NCBI GenBank assembly: GCA_002269645.1
Contig: NIVC01000307.1
Location: 186,001 to 250,000 of the forward strand
Origin: Macrostomum lignano
Lineage: Eukaryota
Direction: 5' to 3'
Length of the DNA: 64,000 bases
Under the pieces are notes generated by a model. It saw nothing but the letters and a program-made list of their open reading frames with translations. It was not told the DNA's origin and searched no databases. Position numbers and translations under genes: made by a program. Below are positions 1 through 13,243 of this stretch, piece after piece. Position 1 is the first letter of the stretch, and every line of letters begins with the position of its first letter.

Positions 1-118
1 AAGTTCTTACTGCCTATTCTACATGTACCTTCCACGAGTTGCAATTGCAAAAGTGTGTGAATACCGCCTGCTTTGGTTGTCTACTAATCTACTATTTTAC
101 CAAACCATTGTTTAGACT

Positions 119-1662
119 TCTCTGTAGCTGGCGCCCCTCTGTAGTTGGCGCCCCTCTGTAGCTGGCGCCCCTCTGTAGCTGGCGCCCCTCTGTAGCTGGC
201 GCCCCTCTGTAGCTGGCGCCCCTCTGTAGCTGGCGCCTATCTGTAGATGGCGCCCCTCTGTAGCTGGCGCCCCTCTGTAGCTGGCGCCTATCTGTAGATG
301 GCGCCCCTCTGTAGCTGGCGCCCCTCTGTAGATGGCGCCCCCTCTGTAGCTGGCGCCCCCTCTGTAGCTGGCGCCCCTCTGTAGATGGCGCCCCCTCTGT
401 AGCTGGCGCCCCTCTGTAGCTGGCGCCCCTCTGTAGCTGGCGCCCCCTCTGTAGCTGGCGCCTATCTGTAGATGGCGCCCCTCTGTAGCTGGCGCCCCTC
501 TGTAGCTGGCGCCCCTCTGTAGCTGGCGCCCCTCTGTAGCTGGCGCCCCTCTGTAGCTGGCGCCCCTCTGTAGATGGCGCCCCCTCTGTAGCTGGCACCC
601 CTCTGTAGATGGCGCCCCCTCTGTAGCTGGCGCCCCTCTGTAGATGGCGCCCCCTCTGTAGCTGGCGCCCCTCTGTAGCTGGCGCCCCCTCTGTAGCTGG
701 CGCCCCTCTGTAGATGGCGCCCCCTCTGTAGCTGGCGCCCCTCTGTAGCTGGCGCCCCTCTGTAGCTGGCGCCCCTCTGTAGCTGGCGCCCCCTCTGTAG
801 CTGGCGCCCCTCTGTAGCTGGCGCCCCTCTGTAGATGGCGCCCCCTCTGTAGCTGGCGCCCCTCTGTAGCTGGCGCCCCTCTGTAGATGGCGCCCCCTCT
901 GTAGCTGGCGCCCCTCTGTAGCTGGCGCCCCTCTGTAGCTGGCGCCCCTCTGTAGCTGGCGCCCCTCTGTAGCTGGCGCCCCTCTGTAGCTGGCGCCCCT
1001 CTGTAGCTGGCGCCCCTCTGTAGATGGCGCCCCCTCTGTAGCTGGCGCCCCTCTGTAGCTGGCGCCCCTCTGTAGCTGGCGCCCCTCTGTAGCTGGCGCC
1101 CCCTCTGTAGCTGGCGCCCCTCTGTAGCTGGCGCCCCTCTGTAGATGGCGCCCCCTCTGTAGCTGGCACCCCTCTGTAGATGGCGCCCCCTCTGTAGCTG
1201 GCGCCCCCTCTGTAGCTGGCGCCCCTCTGTAGCTGGCGCCCCTCTGTAGCTGGCGCCCCTCTGTAGCTGGCGCCCCTCTGTAGCTGGCGCCCCTCTGTAG
1301 CTGGCGCCTATCTGTAGATGGCGCCCCTCTGTAGCTGGCGCCCCTCTGTAGCTGGCGCCTATCTGTAGATGGCGCCCCTCTGTAGCTGGCGCCCCTCTGT
1401 AGATGGCGCCCCCTCTGTAGCTGGCGCCCCTCTGTAGCTGGCGCCCCTCTGTAGCTGGCGCCCCTCTGTAGCTGGCGCCCCTCTGTAGCTGGCGCCCCTC
1501 TGTAGCTGGCGCCCCCTCTGTAGATGGCGCCCCCTCTGTAGCTGGCGCCCCTCTGTAGCTGGCGCCCCTCTGTAGCTGGCGCCCCTCTGTAGCTGGCGCC
1601 CCCTCTGTAGCTGGCGCCCCTCTGTAGCTGGCGCCCCTCTGTAGATGGCGCCCCCTCTGTAG
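119..1662. repeat. 17/18-bp minisatellite CTGTAGCTGGCGCCCCT
   Basis: Direct reading; source of the GRQLQRGASY ORFs. Confidence 0.97.
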
Positions 1663-1984
1663 TCCTAAAAAGACTGAATCCTTTCCCAGCGGCCATCTCG
1701 CCATTGCATCTCTGCTTTCAGTTTTGTCCAATGGTTCACACCGACACAATGCAACATAGTAATCATGGATTAGTTAGACGTACGTACGTCTGTCAGGGTT
1801 CGTGGGTTGGTTCGTTCCCTTACTGTTTACCAAAATAGCCTTTCTCCAGCCAATGAGAACTATCGAGGTGCTTATTGGACAAAAAACTGAGCCCCAGCTC
1901 TCTCTTCCACCCCCTTTCCTCCTGTTTTCCCAGCAGAACGGTTTAATAGGAGGGGCTCCCAGCCACCCCCCTTCGAGCCTCTAT

Positions 1985-2062
1985 AACAGACAGACAGACA
2001 CACGGCAAGGGCGGAGACCAGACAGACAGACAGACAGACGGACAGACGGACAGACATCAGAC
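1985..2062. repeat. (CAGA)n microsatellite
   Basis: Direct reading. Confidence 0.8.
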
Positions 2063-2819
2063 ACGATTGAATCCTTGTGCTTATCAAAAACACTGATCTC
2101 ATTACAAATCTTCAAAGTTTGCGGGTTTACCAACGTAGCCCATAAAAGGCGTGAGTTTGGATGTACTTTACTTATAAAACGTGGCATTATTTCACGTGCA
2201 ATGCAGACCAGTGCTCTAGGTCTTTCTATGTAGGACTTCTTATGGCTATACTTGGCTACAGCAGGGTAATTGAGCGTTCTCTCTGCATCTCTGCAGAGCG
2301 TTGGTACTTCAGATCAGCGGGTAGCCTCTGGTTCAGCAGGGTCTTTTTCCCACAATCACACGCTCACTAATTTTGCCTTAGGCTATGTTTTCTCTTGCAT
2401 TGCTTGCAAAATCTGCAACAACTGCGTGTGAGAATTAGTTTTTCTTAAAAATGGAAATAAATTAAGCAGCAATTCGGTCACGGGGTACAAAAAAATCGGT
2501 TCATTCATCCGTAAACAACTCAAGGTGAAAATTTTGTTTCTCCTATCGGTCTTGAGCATACTGAAAGTTAGATTAAAGAGAGGAGAGAAGAGAAGCCTTG
2601 AGCTTGGCTGATTGCTATTGTGAAGTTTCAAAGGACTCGAGGGCCGGATAGAGAGGCTGCTTCGATACGAGAGTCCTGACGAACACAGGCTGGATTTTCG
2701 CGAGGCTATCAGTGAAACTATTGCTTTCAACCTGTATGTTTATTAACCAGCCGATCGCCTGCCTGACATTTCTAGACACATCACGCCGTCTGATGTGTCT
2801 CATCTGCAAAAAGTTTGAT

Positions 2820-3372
2820 TAGATTAGACAATTAGGGGGACTTTGAATTCACAGCTTCCATCCGGGATGGATCATGGATTAGACAATTAGGGGACATCGA
2901 ATTCACAACTTCCATCCGAGAAGGATTAGGCAATTAGGGGACATCGAATTCACAACTTCCATCCGAGAAGGATTAGGCAATTAGGGGACATCGAATTCAC
3001 AACTTCCATTCGAGAAGGATTAGGCAATTAGGGGACCTCGAATTCACAACTTCCATTCGAGAAGGATTAGGCAATTAGGGGACATCGAATTCACAACTTC
3101 CATTCGAGAAGGATTAGGCAATTAGGGGACCTCGAATTCACAACTTCCATTCGAGAAGGATTAGGCAATTAGGGGACCTCGAATTCACAAATTCCATCCG
3201 GAAAGGATTAGACAATTAGGCGAATTTGAATCCACAGCTTCCATCCGGGACGCGCGGGAAGGATTAGAAAATTAGGCGACTTTTAATTCACAACTTCCAT
3301 CCGGGAAGGATTAAAAAATTAGGGGGACTTTGAAGTCAAAACTTCCATCTGAGAAGGATTAGGCAATTAGGC
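2820..3372. repeat. 47-bp minisatellite GGATTAGGCAATTAGGGGACATCGAATTCACAACTTCCATCCGAGAA
   Basis: Units at 2923 and 2970; about 12 copies. Confidence 0.95.
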
Positions 3373-3581
3373 TCCCTAGTCCCCAGAAAATGAGGCTCAA
3401 AATGTACTTTATTTAATTGTTCCAATTTGGGGAAGCCAGAACTGTTTTATATGACGAACTGGTAACTTCCTAATGCCGTTTTTTCCAGCGCTCCGAGCCT
3501 CAATAAAAACTGACCTGCACCTCAAGCGTTAAAAGCCAAAAGCCAGCTCCTGAGGTGGGCCAGGATTGCCAATTCAAATTA

Positions 3582-3661
3582 ATGATTCAGTACGTGCACC
3601 TGGTGGCCGTTTTATTGGCAGGTGCCGCCTGCATAACAACCGCATCGGAGTCGGCTAACCG
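3582..3661 (+). CDS. ADAMTSL1: ADAMTSL exon 1 (signal peptide)
   Basis: MIQYVHLVAVLLAGAACITTASESAN; CG|GTGAGT donor, phase 2 matches exon 2. Confidence 0.75.
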
Positions 3662-6600
3662 GTGAGTGCAGCAGCCTCTGGTGCTGATTAATTCTGGCTT
3701 ACCTTTATAACACGCTATTAATCCTCTTTCCTTTAGAACCCACTCTCAGATCTCAGGCACTCATTAATGGCCCAGCTTCTGACGGTGTCTATTATAAATT
3801 GAGAGATTGGATTAGGGATTAAGAGAACTAGTTTTACTGCATCCCCAGCAGCTCAATGGGGGATTCGCTAACTCGCTTAAAGTACATGCGGCGCAAGGTT
3901 GAATTCCATGGATTTCTAGACCGGTAAAATATCCGGATTGAGGACGGCTTCTTAATCGCTTTTTCTGCATAGCGTGAACTTGGCTTTGACCATAGACAAA
4001 ACTCGTGCTGGCGCCCCTTGGTGCTAAAGCCCCTTAGTGCTGGCGCCCCTTGGTGCTGGCGCCCCTTGGTGCTAAAGCCCCTTGGTGCTAAAGCCCCTTG
4101 GTGCTAAAGCCCCTTGGTGCTAAAGCCCCTTGGTGCTAAAGCCCCTTGGTGCTGGCGTCCCTTGGTGCGTAGCAATGATTAGGAATCCTGTGCTTCAATA
4201 CGGTTAGAGATTCAGCTATTATTCCTAGTTAAAAGTGCAGGGGTACTAATTGGAATTTCGCCGAAACCAAGTTCAGACTCTCGCTTTTAATTAAAACCTC
4301 CAATATAGCTGACCCAAGTTTTTGTTAATCTTCCGTGATGACCCGGTTTTATTAGAAAACAGTGCAAAAAAGGAAAAGAAATGTTCATAATTTCTCTTGG
4401 GAGATAAGGACTAAAAAATTCTGGACTACAAGTTAACAGCCGGAGTAACTATACTCTTAATTTAAAGTATAAATAGCTTCGTCATATAAGTAGCGCTGCC
4501 AGTTCTTTATTCAGTGAGTAATCAGGCGGAGTAACTATCTATATAGTTTTTAGCAGCTAGTGCTTCGTCATCTAAGTAGTTTTACAAAGCAATACTTACA
4601 GAAGATTCAAAACTTTACGACCCAGCGATCGTAAAAAGATTCTTTCGACAATTCGAGCCGTAATAAAATGTAAGCAAGCAGTTTATCCTTTCAGCCAGCA
4701 GACAGGCAAAAGAACAGCACCAAAAACTTCCTTTTCCTCTCTTCATCACTCAGTAAAGACTGCAGGTCGTATTTACTGCCATGTATGCTAATTTTGTGCT
4801 AATTTTTTTACCAAATAAACTATAGGTGGGCCATCATTTCGGTTGGCGAATGTAGCGCTCGTTGCCGGGACGAGGCACCCGGTCTGCGGAATCTCACGTT
4901 TGGTTGCTATGCTGGGGGCTCTGCCGGTCTGGTGGCTCTGCCTGGCACGTCGCCAAAGCTCTACGCTGCCAAGTCTGACGAGGGGAGACTGCCTGATGAC
5001 AGGTGCTCAGGTGAGCTGCACAATCCCGATCCCTGATCCCTGATCCCGATCCCTGATCCCGATCCCTGATCCCGATCCCTGATCCCGATCCCTGATCCCG
5101 ATCCCTGATCCCGATCCCTGATCCCGATCCCTGATCCCGATCCCTGATCCCGATCCCTGATCCCGATCCCTGATCCCGATCCCTGATCCCGATCCCTGAT
5201 CCCGATCCCTGATCCCGATCCCTGATCCCGATCCCTGATCCCGATCCCTGATCCCGATCCCTGATCCCGATCCCTGATCCCGATCCCTGATCCCGATCCC
5301 TGATCCCGATCCCTGATCCCGATCCCTGATCCCGATCCCTGATCCCGATCCCTGATCCCGATCCCTGATCCCGATCCCTGATCCCGATCCCTGATCCCGA
5401 TCCCTGATCCCGATCCCTGATCCCGATCCCTGATCCCGATCCCTGATCCCGATCCCTGATCCCGATCCCTGATCCCGATCCCTGATCCCGATCCCTGATC
5501 CCGATCCCTGATCCCGATCCCTGATCCCGATCCCTGATCCCGATCCCTGATCCCGATCCCTGATCCCGATCCCTGATCCCGATCCCTGATCCCGATCCCT
5601 GATCCCGATCCCTGATCCCGATCCCTGATCCCGATCCCTGATCCCGATCCCTGATCCCGATCCCTGATCCCGATCCCTGATCCCGATCCCTGATCCCGAT
5701 CCCTGATCCCGATCCCTGATCCCGATCCCTGATCCCGATCCCTGATCCCGATCCCTGATCCCGATCCCTGATCCCGATCCCTGATCCCGATCCCTGATCC
5801 CGATCCCTGATCCCGATCCCTGATCCCGATCCCTGATCCCGATCCCTGATCCCGATCCCTGATCCCGATCCCTGATCCCGATCCCTGATCCCGATCCCTG
5901 ATCCCGATCCCTGATCCCGATCCCTGATCCCGATCCCTGATCCCGATCCCTGATCCCGATCCCTGATCCCGATCCCTGATCCCGATCCCTGATCCCGATC
6001 CCTGATCCCGATCCCTGATCCCGATCCCTGATCCCGATCCCTGATCCCGATCCCTGATCCCGATCCCTGATCCCGATCCCTGATCCCGATCCCTGATCCC
6101 GATCCCTGATCCCGATCCCTGATCCCGATCCCTGATCCCGATCCCTGATCCCGATCCCTGATCCCGATCCCTGATCCCGATCCCTGATCCCGATCCCTGA
6201 TCCCGATCCCTGATCCCGATCCCTGATCCCGATCCCTGATCCCGATCCCTGATCCCGATCCCTGATCCCGATCCCTGATCCCGATCCCTGATCCCGATCC
6301 CTGATCCCGATCCCTGATCCCGATCCCTGATCCCGATCCCTGATCCCGATCCCTGATCCCGATCCCTGATCCCGATCCCTGATCCCGATCCCTGATCCCG
6401 ATCCCTGATCCCGATCCCTGATCCCGATCCCTGATCCCGATCCCTGATCCCGATCCCTGATCCCGATAGCAACATTATTAAAAACATGCTCTCAAATTTT
6501 GCCTTCACAGTATGAAATATAATAAATCGTACCCCATGGGGCTTCCCGTTTGAAAATTTTGCGCTAATTCTTCACCCAAAAATAAGATTAATGGATCCCA

Positions 6601-9600
6601 GTTTCCTCCACCCACTACAGGCAAATACAAAGAGAGGGGAGCTCAGCTGCTCAGCTGTCTGCTGCCTCTCTGAGGTTCAGCTGAGCATGGATACCACCAT
6701 GCCCTGCCGCACCAATGATTAATGAGTGATTGGATCGCCTCCCAGACACCCAACCCCCATGCCGACATCAAATGTTACAGTGCACTCTTGTGTACATCCA
6801 TGTCTCTTGTTTATGTCTACTGCTGTTACTATAATTAGATTGCTGGCCCACTTTATACCGCTCTGATCCCTGTAGTCTAATCCTAAGTTCCAATCCCATT
6901 ATTCATGATCTCTGATCCCTGATCCCTGGTATTCGATTTCTTCAATTTCGAACACCTGATTCGTGATCTCTAATTCCGATCCCAGATCCCCGATCCCAGA
7001 TCCCCAATCCCAGGTCCCCGATCCCAGATCCCTAATCCCAGATCCTCGATCCCAGATCCCTAATCTCAGTGCTCCAATCCCAGATCCACGAAGCCAAATC
7101 CCTAATTCCAAATCCCCGATCCCAGATCCCCAATCCCAGATCCCCGATCCCAGATCCCCAATCCCAGATCCCCGATCCCAGATCCTCAATCCCAGATCCC
7201 CAATCCCAGATCCTCGATCCCAGATCCCTAATCTCAGTGCTCCAATCCCAGATCCACGAAGCCAAATCCTTAATCCCAGATCCCCAATCCCAGATCCCTA
7301 ATCTCAGTGCTCCAATCCCAGATCCCTAATCTCAGTGCTCCAATCCCAGATCCACGAAGCCAAATCCCTAATCCCAGATCACCTATCCCAGATCCCCATT
7401 AATCCCAGATCCCCAATCGCAGATCCCCAATCCCAGATTCCCAATCCCAGATCCCCAATCCCAGATCCCCAATCCCAGATCCCCAATCGCAGATCCCCAA
7501 TCCCAGATCCCCAATCCCAGATCCCCAATCCCAGATTCCCAATCCCAGATCCCCAATCCCAGATCCCCAATCGCAGATCCCCAATCGCAGATCCCCAATC
7601 CCAGATCCCCAATCCCAGATTCCCAATCGCAGATCCCTAATCCCAGATCCCCAATCCCAGATCCCCAATCCCAGATCCCCAATCCCAGATCCCCAATCGC
7701 AGATCCCTAATCCCAGATCCCCAATCCCAGATCCCCAATCCCAGATTCCCAATCGCAGATCCCTAATCCAGATTCTCGAGTCACCCTGAATTCACTGGGA
7801 GACCTTCACCTGTACATGCGCCTGTTGAACCTGTTTCAGCGATCCAAATGCCGAGCATCCAGTCTGTGGAGTGCCCCCCGCCAGTCAGCTGCACACCGGC
7901 TTCGCTGACCAGTCAGTACAGGTGGCGCTTCGACTTCGCCGGAGACGTCAGGTGCTCGGCCAGGTGCAATCAAATCGGTGAGTGTGCTTGTCAAGGTGTT
8001 GCGTGTGATGTGTTACCTGTTAGACATGACTTGGCCATGATTGCGTTACCTGTTAGATATGAATTGGTCATGATTGTGTTACCTGTTAGATATGAATTGG
8101 CCATGATTGTGTTACCTGTTAGATAAGAATTGGTCATGATTGTGTTACCTGTTAGATAAGAATTGGTCATGATTGTGTTACCTGTTAGATATGAATTGGT
8201 CATGATTGTGTTACCTGTTAGATATGAATTGGTCATGATTGTGTTACCTGTTAGATATGAATTGGCCATGATTGTGTTACCAGTCAATAATTACCAATAA
8301 TTAATTGTGTGAATCAGTAAAAAAACTTCAGCTAATGTTTTTACTACAGATTTTACATTCATCGCACGCACGCACCCGCAGGCTCACTCTCGGTGCCAGC
8401 TAGATGCGTTGACGCCAAGACCGGTCAAGTGGCTGACCAGACTCAGCGATGCGAAAGTCGGGAGGCCCGACCGGAACTGGGGTTGCCATGCTACCAGTTT
8501 GAAGGGTGCGTCGGCCCAGTTTGGAAAGCCGGACCCTGGGGCCCCTGCTCCAGGCCGTGCGGACTCGGCGAAATGGTGAGAACATAGCGTTACTATGCTG
8601 TTGCTATGCTGTTGCTATGCTGTTGCTATGCTGTTGCTATGCTGTTGCTATGCTGTTGCTATGCTGTTGCTATGCTGTTGCTATGCTGTTGCTATGCTGT
8701 TGCTATGCTGTTGCTATGCTGTTGCTATGCTGTTGCTATGCTGTTGCTATGCTGTTGCTATGCTGTTGCTATGCTGTTGCTATGCTGTTGCTATGCTGTT
8801 GCTATGCTGTTGCTATGCTGTTGCTATGCTGTTGCTATGCTGTTGCTATGCTGTTGCTATGCTGTTGCTATGCTGTTGCTATGCTGTTGCTATGCTGTAG
8901 CTATGCTGTTGCTATGCTGTTGCTATGCTGTTGCAAGGCTGTAGCTATGCTGTTGCTATGCTGTTACTATGCTGTTGCTATGCTGTTGCAAGGCTGTAGC
9001 TATGCTGTTACTATGCTGTTGCTATGATTTTTCTGTGCTGTTGCCATGCTGTTGCTTTTCTTTTGCAAGGCTCTTGCTTTGCTGTTGCAAGGCTATTTCA
9101 AAGCTGCTGCAATGTTGTTACTATGCTGCCAATATGCTGTTGCTATACCCTATTGCATGCTATCTTCGAAAGTAAAAGGAAGCCAAGTTTCGAAAACTCC
9201 AATTAAAAGGAATCAGAATCCTGAGAGAACGCTACCTGATAGCCCTATCCAAATAAGAAATGAATTGTATATACATTGGCCTCGTAGCACGGCTGGGCAC
9301 TGATTGTCAATCAAAATCCAAAATGAAGGGCAAAAATCAATCATCCTTGGGGAGAGACAGGTATTAAATGAATAGGCAACATCTATTAGTATCAAGAAAG
9401 GTTTACCTTGCAGCACAGCAATCTAATGTTCTGTTTTCTGCAGTTATAAGAGCGTGTGTGCATTGTCTCACTGTTTGCCAAACTGGCTTTTATACGAGTG
9501 TATCAACTATGTGGCCTCAGTCAAGTTTGATTTGGCTTTTATGGCCTCAGTCAAGTTTGACTTGGCTTTTATGGCTTCAATAAAGTTTGATTTGGCTTTT

Positions 9601-12600
9601 ATGGGCTCAGTCAAGTTAGACTTGGCTTTTATGGCCTCAGTCAAGTTAGACTTGGCTTTTATGGCCTCAATCAAGTTTTCTTTGGCTTTTATGGCCTCAA
9701 TCAAGTTTGATTTAGCTTTATGGCTTCAATCAAGTTTGATTTGGCTTTTATGGCTTCAATCAAGTTTTCTTTGGCTTTTATGGCCTAAATTAAGTTTTTT
9801 TCGTTTTTATGGCCTCAATCAAGTTTTCTTTGGTTTTTATGGCCTCAATTAAGTTTTCTTTGGCTTTTATGGCCTCAATTAAGTTTTCTTTGGCTTTTAT
9901 GGCCTCAATCAAGTTTGATTTAGCTTTTATGGCTTCAATCAAGTTTGATTTGGCTTTTATGGCCTCAATCAAGTTTTCCTTGGCTTTTATGGCCTCAATT
10001 AAGTTTTTTTGGTTTTTATGGCCTCAATCAAGTTTTCTTTGGTTTTTATGGCCTCAATTCAGTTTTCCTTGGCTTTTATGGCCTCAATTAAGTTTTCTTT
10101 GGTTTTTATGGCCTTAATAAAGTTTTCATATACTCTTATGGCCTCAATAAGTTTTGAGTTTCCTTTGCTTCGAACCGCATAACAGGAACGCCCCGTGGAA
10201 TGCTACCAGCTTGTTGACTCGCCTGAAGGTCCCAGCTACCACCTGCGGCAGGGCCAATGCTCTCACCTGGACGAGAAGCCACACTTGAGGGAATACTGCT
10301 TGATGGAGCCCAGATGCCCGCCATATTACCGAGTTTCACCTGGCAAGGTTTGTTCATGATTTGTCTTCGTTAATTCGTGCTGGATGTACTTTTAAGGATA
10401 TACCATCGTTTATTATGCGACATTTTCTCGTGCCTCATCTTTGCTAAGGTAACATTTTTAGACACGCTCTATTTCGAATTAGGCTCTATTTCGGACATTC
10501 GCCGTAAAACATACAAAATCTAAAGGTGCCCTAGCCATAATTAAACGAATTTCTAGGTGCCCCAGTCATAATTAGGCGACGCTACAGGTGCCCTAGCAAC
10601 AATTAGACGATTTTATAGGTGCCCTAGCCATAATTAGACGAATTTCTAGGTGCCCCAGTCATAATTAGGCGACGCTACAGGTGCCCTAGCAACAATTAGA
10701 CGACTTTATAGGTGCTCTAGCAACAATTAGACGACTTTATAGGTGCTCTAGCTATAATTAGACGACTTTATAGGTGCTCTATAGCTATAATTAGATGACT
10801 TTACAGGTGCCCCAGCCCTAATTAGGCGACGCTACAGCCCAGGTGCCCTAGCCATAATTAGGCTAGGGCAGCAACACACTGTTCACAAAGTGACAACAGA
10901 ATCCGTGCGCATCAAAAATACAAAACCGGCGGCTCCCCGCAGTGCCGGCCGCACTTCTCAGCCCCTGGCAGCAGCTCGGAGCAGCGGCTGTGCAACGAGA
11001 CCGGCCTGACCAGAAACAGTCCACAGTGCGTGCAACTCACTGGCGACTTGAGAACTCGCAGCAACACTACGGTTCGCGTCAGCTCGAGCAACTGTCGCAG
11101 TCTGCCGCGCCCGCCGCCGTTCTCCAAATGCCAGGTGGACGTTGAGACGCTGCGCCAGTACCGCATCAAGTGCATCAACGCTTCCGCCGCCGCTAAGGAG
11201 CCGCAGTTCCAGCTGGCCGCCTCCAGCATCCTAGTCCAGATGGAGCGTCGAGAGAGTCTGCAAGTCAAATGCGGCCAGTCGGCCACGGTGATACCGGGCA
11301 CTCGAGTCCGGCTGCACTGTCCGGTGGCGAATTTCAAGCCGGCCAAGCTCGGCTGGCAACGCCTGAGTGGCCGACGAGATGCGGTCAGAACTTTCACGGC
11401 GGTCAAAAGTTTCACCCAGTGCCGCAGCCGAATCTGCCAGATCGATGGCGACCTGATCATCACGCGGTTTCGACCGAAGGACAGCGGAGTTTACCAGGTG
11501 AGTTACAGCACGACTGTTGAGAAAATGAGCCCCTGGTGCTAAAGTCCCTGGTGCTAAAGTCCCTGGTGCTAAAGCCCCTGGTGCTAAAGCCCCTGGTGCT
11601 AAAGCCCCTGGTGCTAAAGCCCCTGGTGCTAAAGCCCCTGGTGCTAAAGTCCCTGGTGCTAAAGTCCCTGGTGCTAAAGTCCCTAGTGCTAAAGCCCCTG
11701 GTGCTAAAGCCCCTGGTGCTAAAGCCCCTGGTGCTAAAGCCCCTGGTGCTAAAGTCCCTGGTGCTAAAGCCCCTGGTGCTAAAGTCCCTGGTGCTAAAGC
11801 CCCTGGTGCTAAAGCCCCTGGTGCTAAAGTCCCTGGTGCTAAAGCCCCTAGTGCTAAAGACCTCAAGCCTCAATCACACACCATGGTGCTCAGCCTCAAT
11901 CACACCATGATGCTCAGCCTCAATCACACCATGGTGCTCAGCCTCAATCACACCATGATGCTCAGCCTCAATCACACCATGGTGCTCAGCCTCAATCACA
12001 CCATGGTGCTCAGCCTCAATCACACCATGGTGCTCAGCCTCAATCACACTATGGTGCTCAGCCTCAATCACACCATGATGCTCAGCCTCAATCACACCAT
12101 GGTGCTCAGCCTCAATCACACCATGGTGCTCAGCCTCAATCACACTATGGTGCTCAGCCTCAATCACACCATTATGCTCAGCCTCAATCACACCATGGTG
12201 CTCAGCCTCAATCACACCATGGTGCTCAGTCTCAATCACACTATGATGCTCAGCCTCAAAAAGACAATGGTACCAAGCCGATTTAACATCCTCCTCCAAC
12301 AGGTGTCAGCCAGCAATGTGAACACCACCCTGAGCCTTCACTCGCACTCAGCTTACGAAGCCTACGTGCAGGCCTACCTGCCGCGAATGATGCTGCTGAT
12401 GCAGCCGAACTCAAACTCGGCCTCTGGCAGACCCCAGGCTCAACTAGACTCTCCGAATCGGGACGCTCTGCTGTGGATGACGGGGCCCTGGACTTCATGC
12501 TCGGTGCCATGCGGCGGCGAGGGGCAGAAAACTCGAACTGTGCACTGTGAGCAGCTTCGCAGCAGCTCCTATTCTGTTGTGCCCGACGATTCCTGCTTGA

Positions 12601-13176
12601 AACTGCTCGGAGATAAGCCGCCAATGTCTGAACGATGCGGTAGCCACGTGTGTCCGGTGTGGCGCGCCGGGCCCTGGGATTCAGAGGTGTGTGTCTCATA
12701 GATTTATAACTTCTAGTTCGATACACGCTATACCCTTATTGAAAGTACGCACAGTTGAGGACTGTGCTAGCCGTGAATTTATGAATTTACAACCTAAGTT
12801 ATTGTACGTACAGACTAAATTACGCTTTAAGATCATAAACCATCTTGAATAGGCCGACCCCACCAAGACTTCAAAAGACTAACCCCTCCCTATTTTGAAT
12901 ATACACGAGCTGCAAGACTAACCCCTGTCTCCTCTGTGGTAAAGTTGCGCGTCTGAGAAAAAGTAGAATTAAGAAGGTGAGCGCTATCATTTTTTATGCG
13001 ACATGTTTCGCCTCGCGTCAGGCATCGTCAGGCTCTTAAAATTAGTAACGATTTATTTGTTCATTAATATTTAACAATTAAGACTAAGAACGGGTCGATA
13101 AAAGTCAGAAATGTATATAAATTAACAGCAGATTGTACAGTCCGACGGAGCCTCACAGAGTTGCAATGAGGGGAGA

Positions 13177-13243
<67 letters not shown>

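Noticed and set aside
2680-2725. CTGACGA...GAAAC hammerhead-like core (a similar one lies at 57226-57250)
   Set aside because: No convincing stem II or stem III pairing
2383-2809. Short ORFs upstream of ADAMTSL as candidate long-isoform exons
   Set aside because: No TSP1, cysteine-rich or spacer motifs, and no phase-compatible splice sites identified
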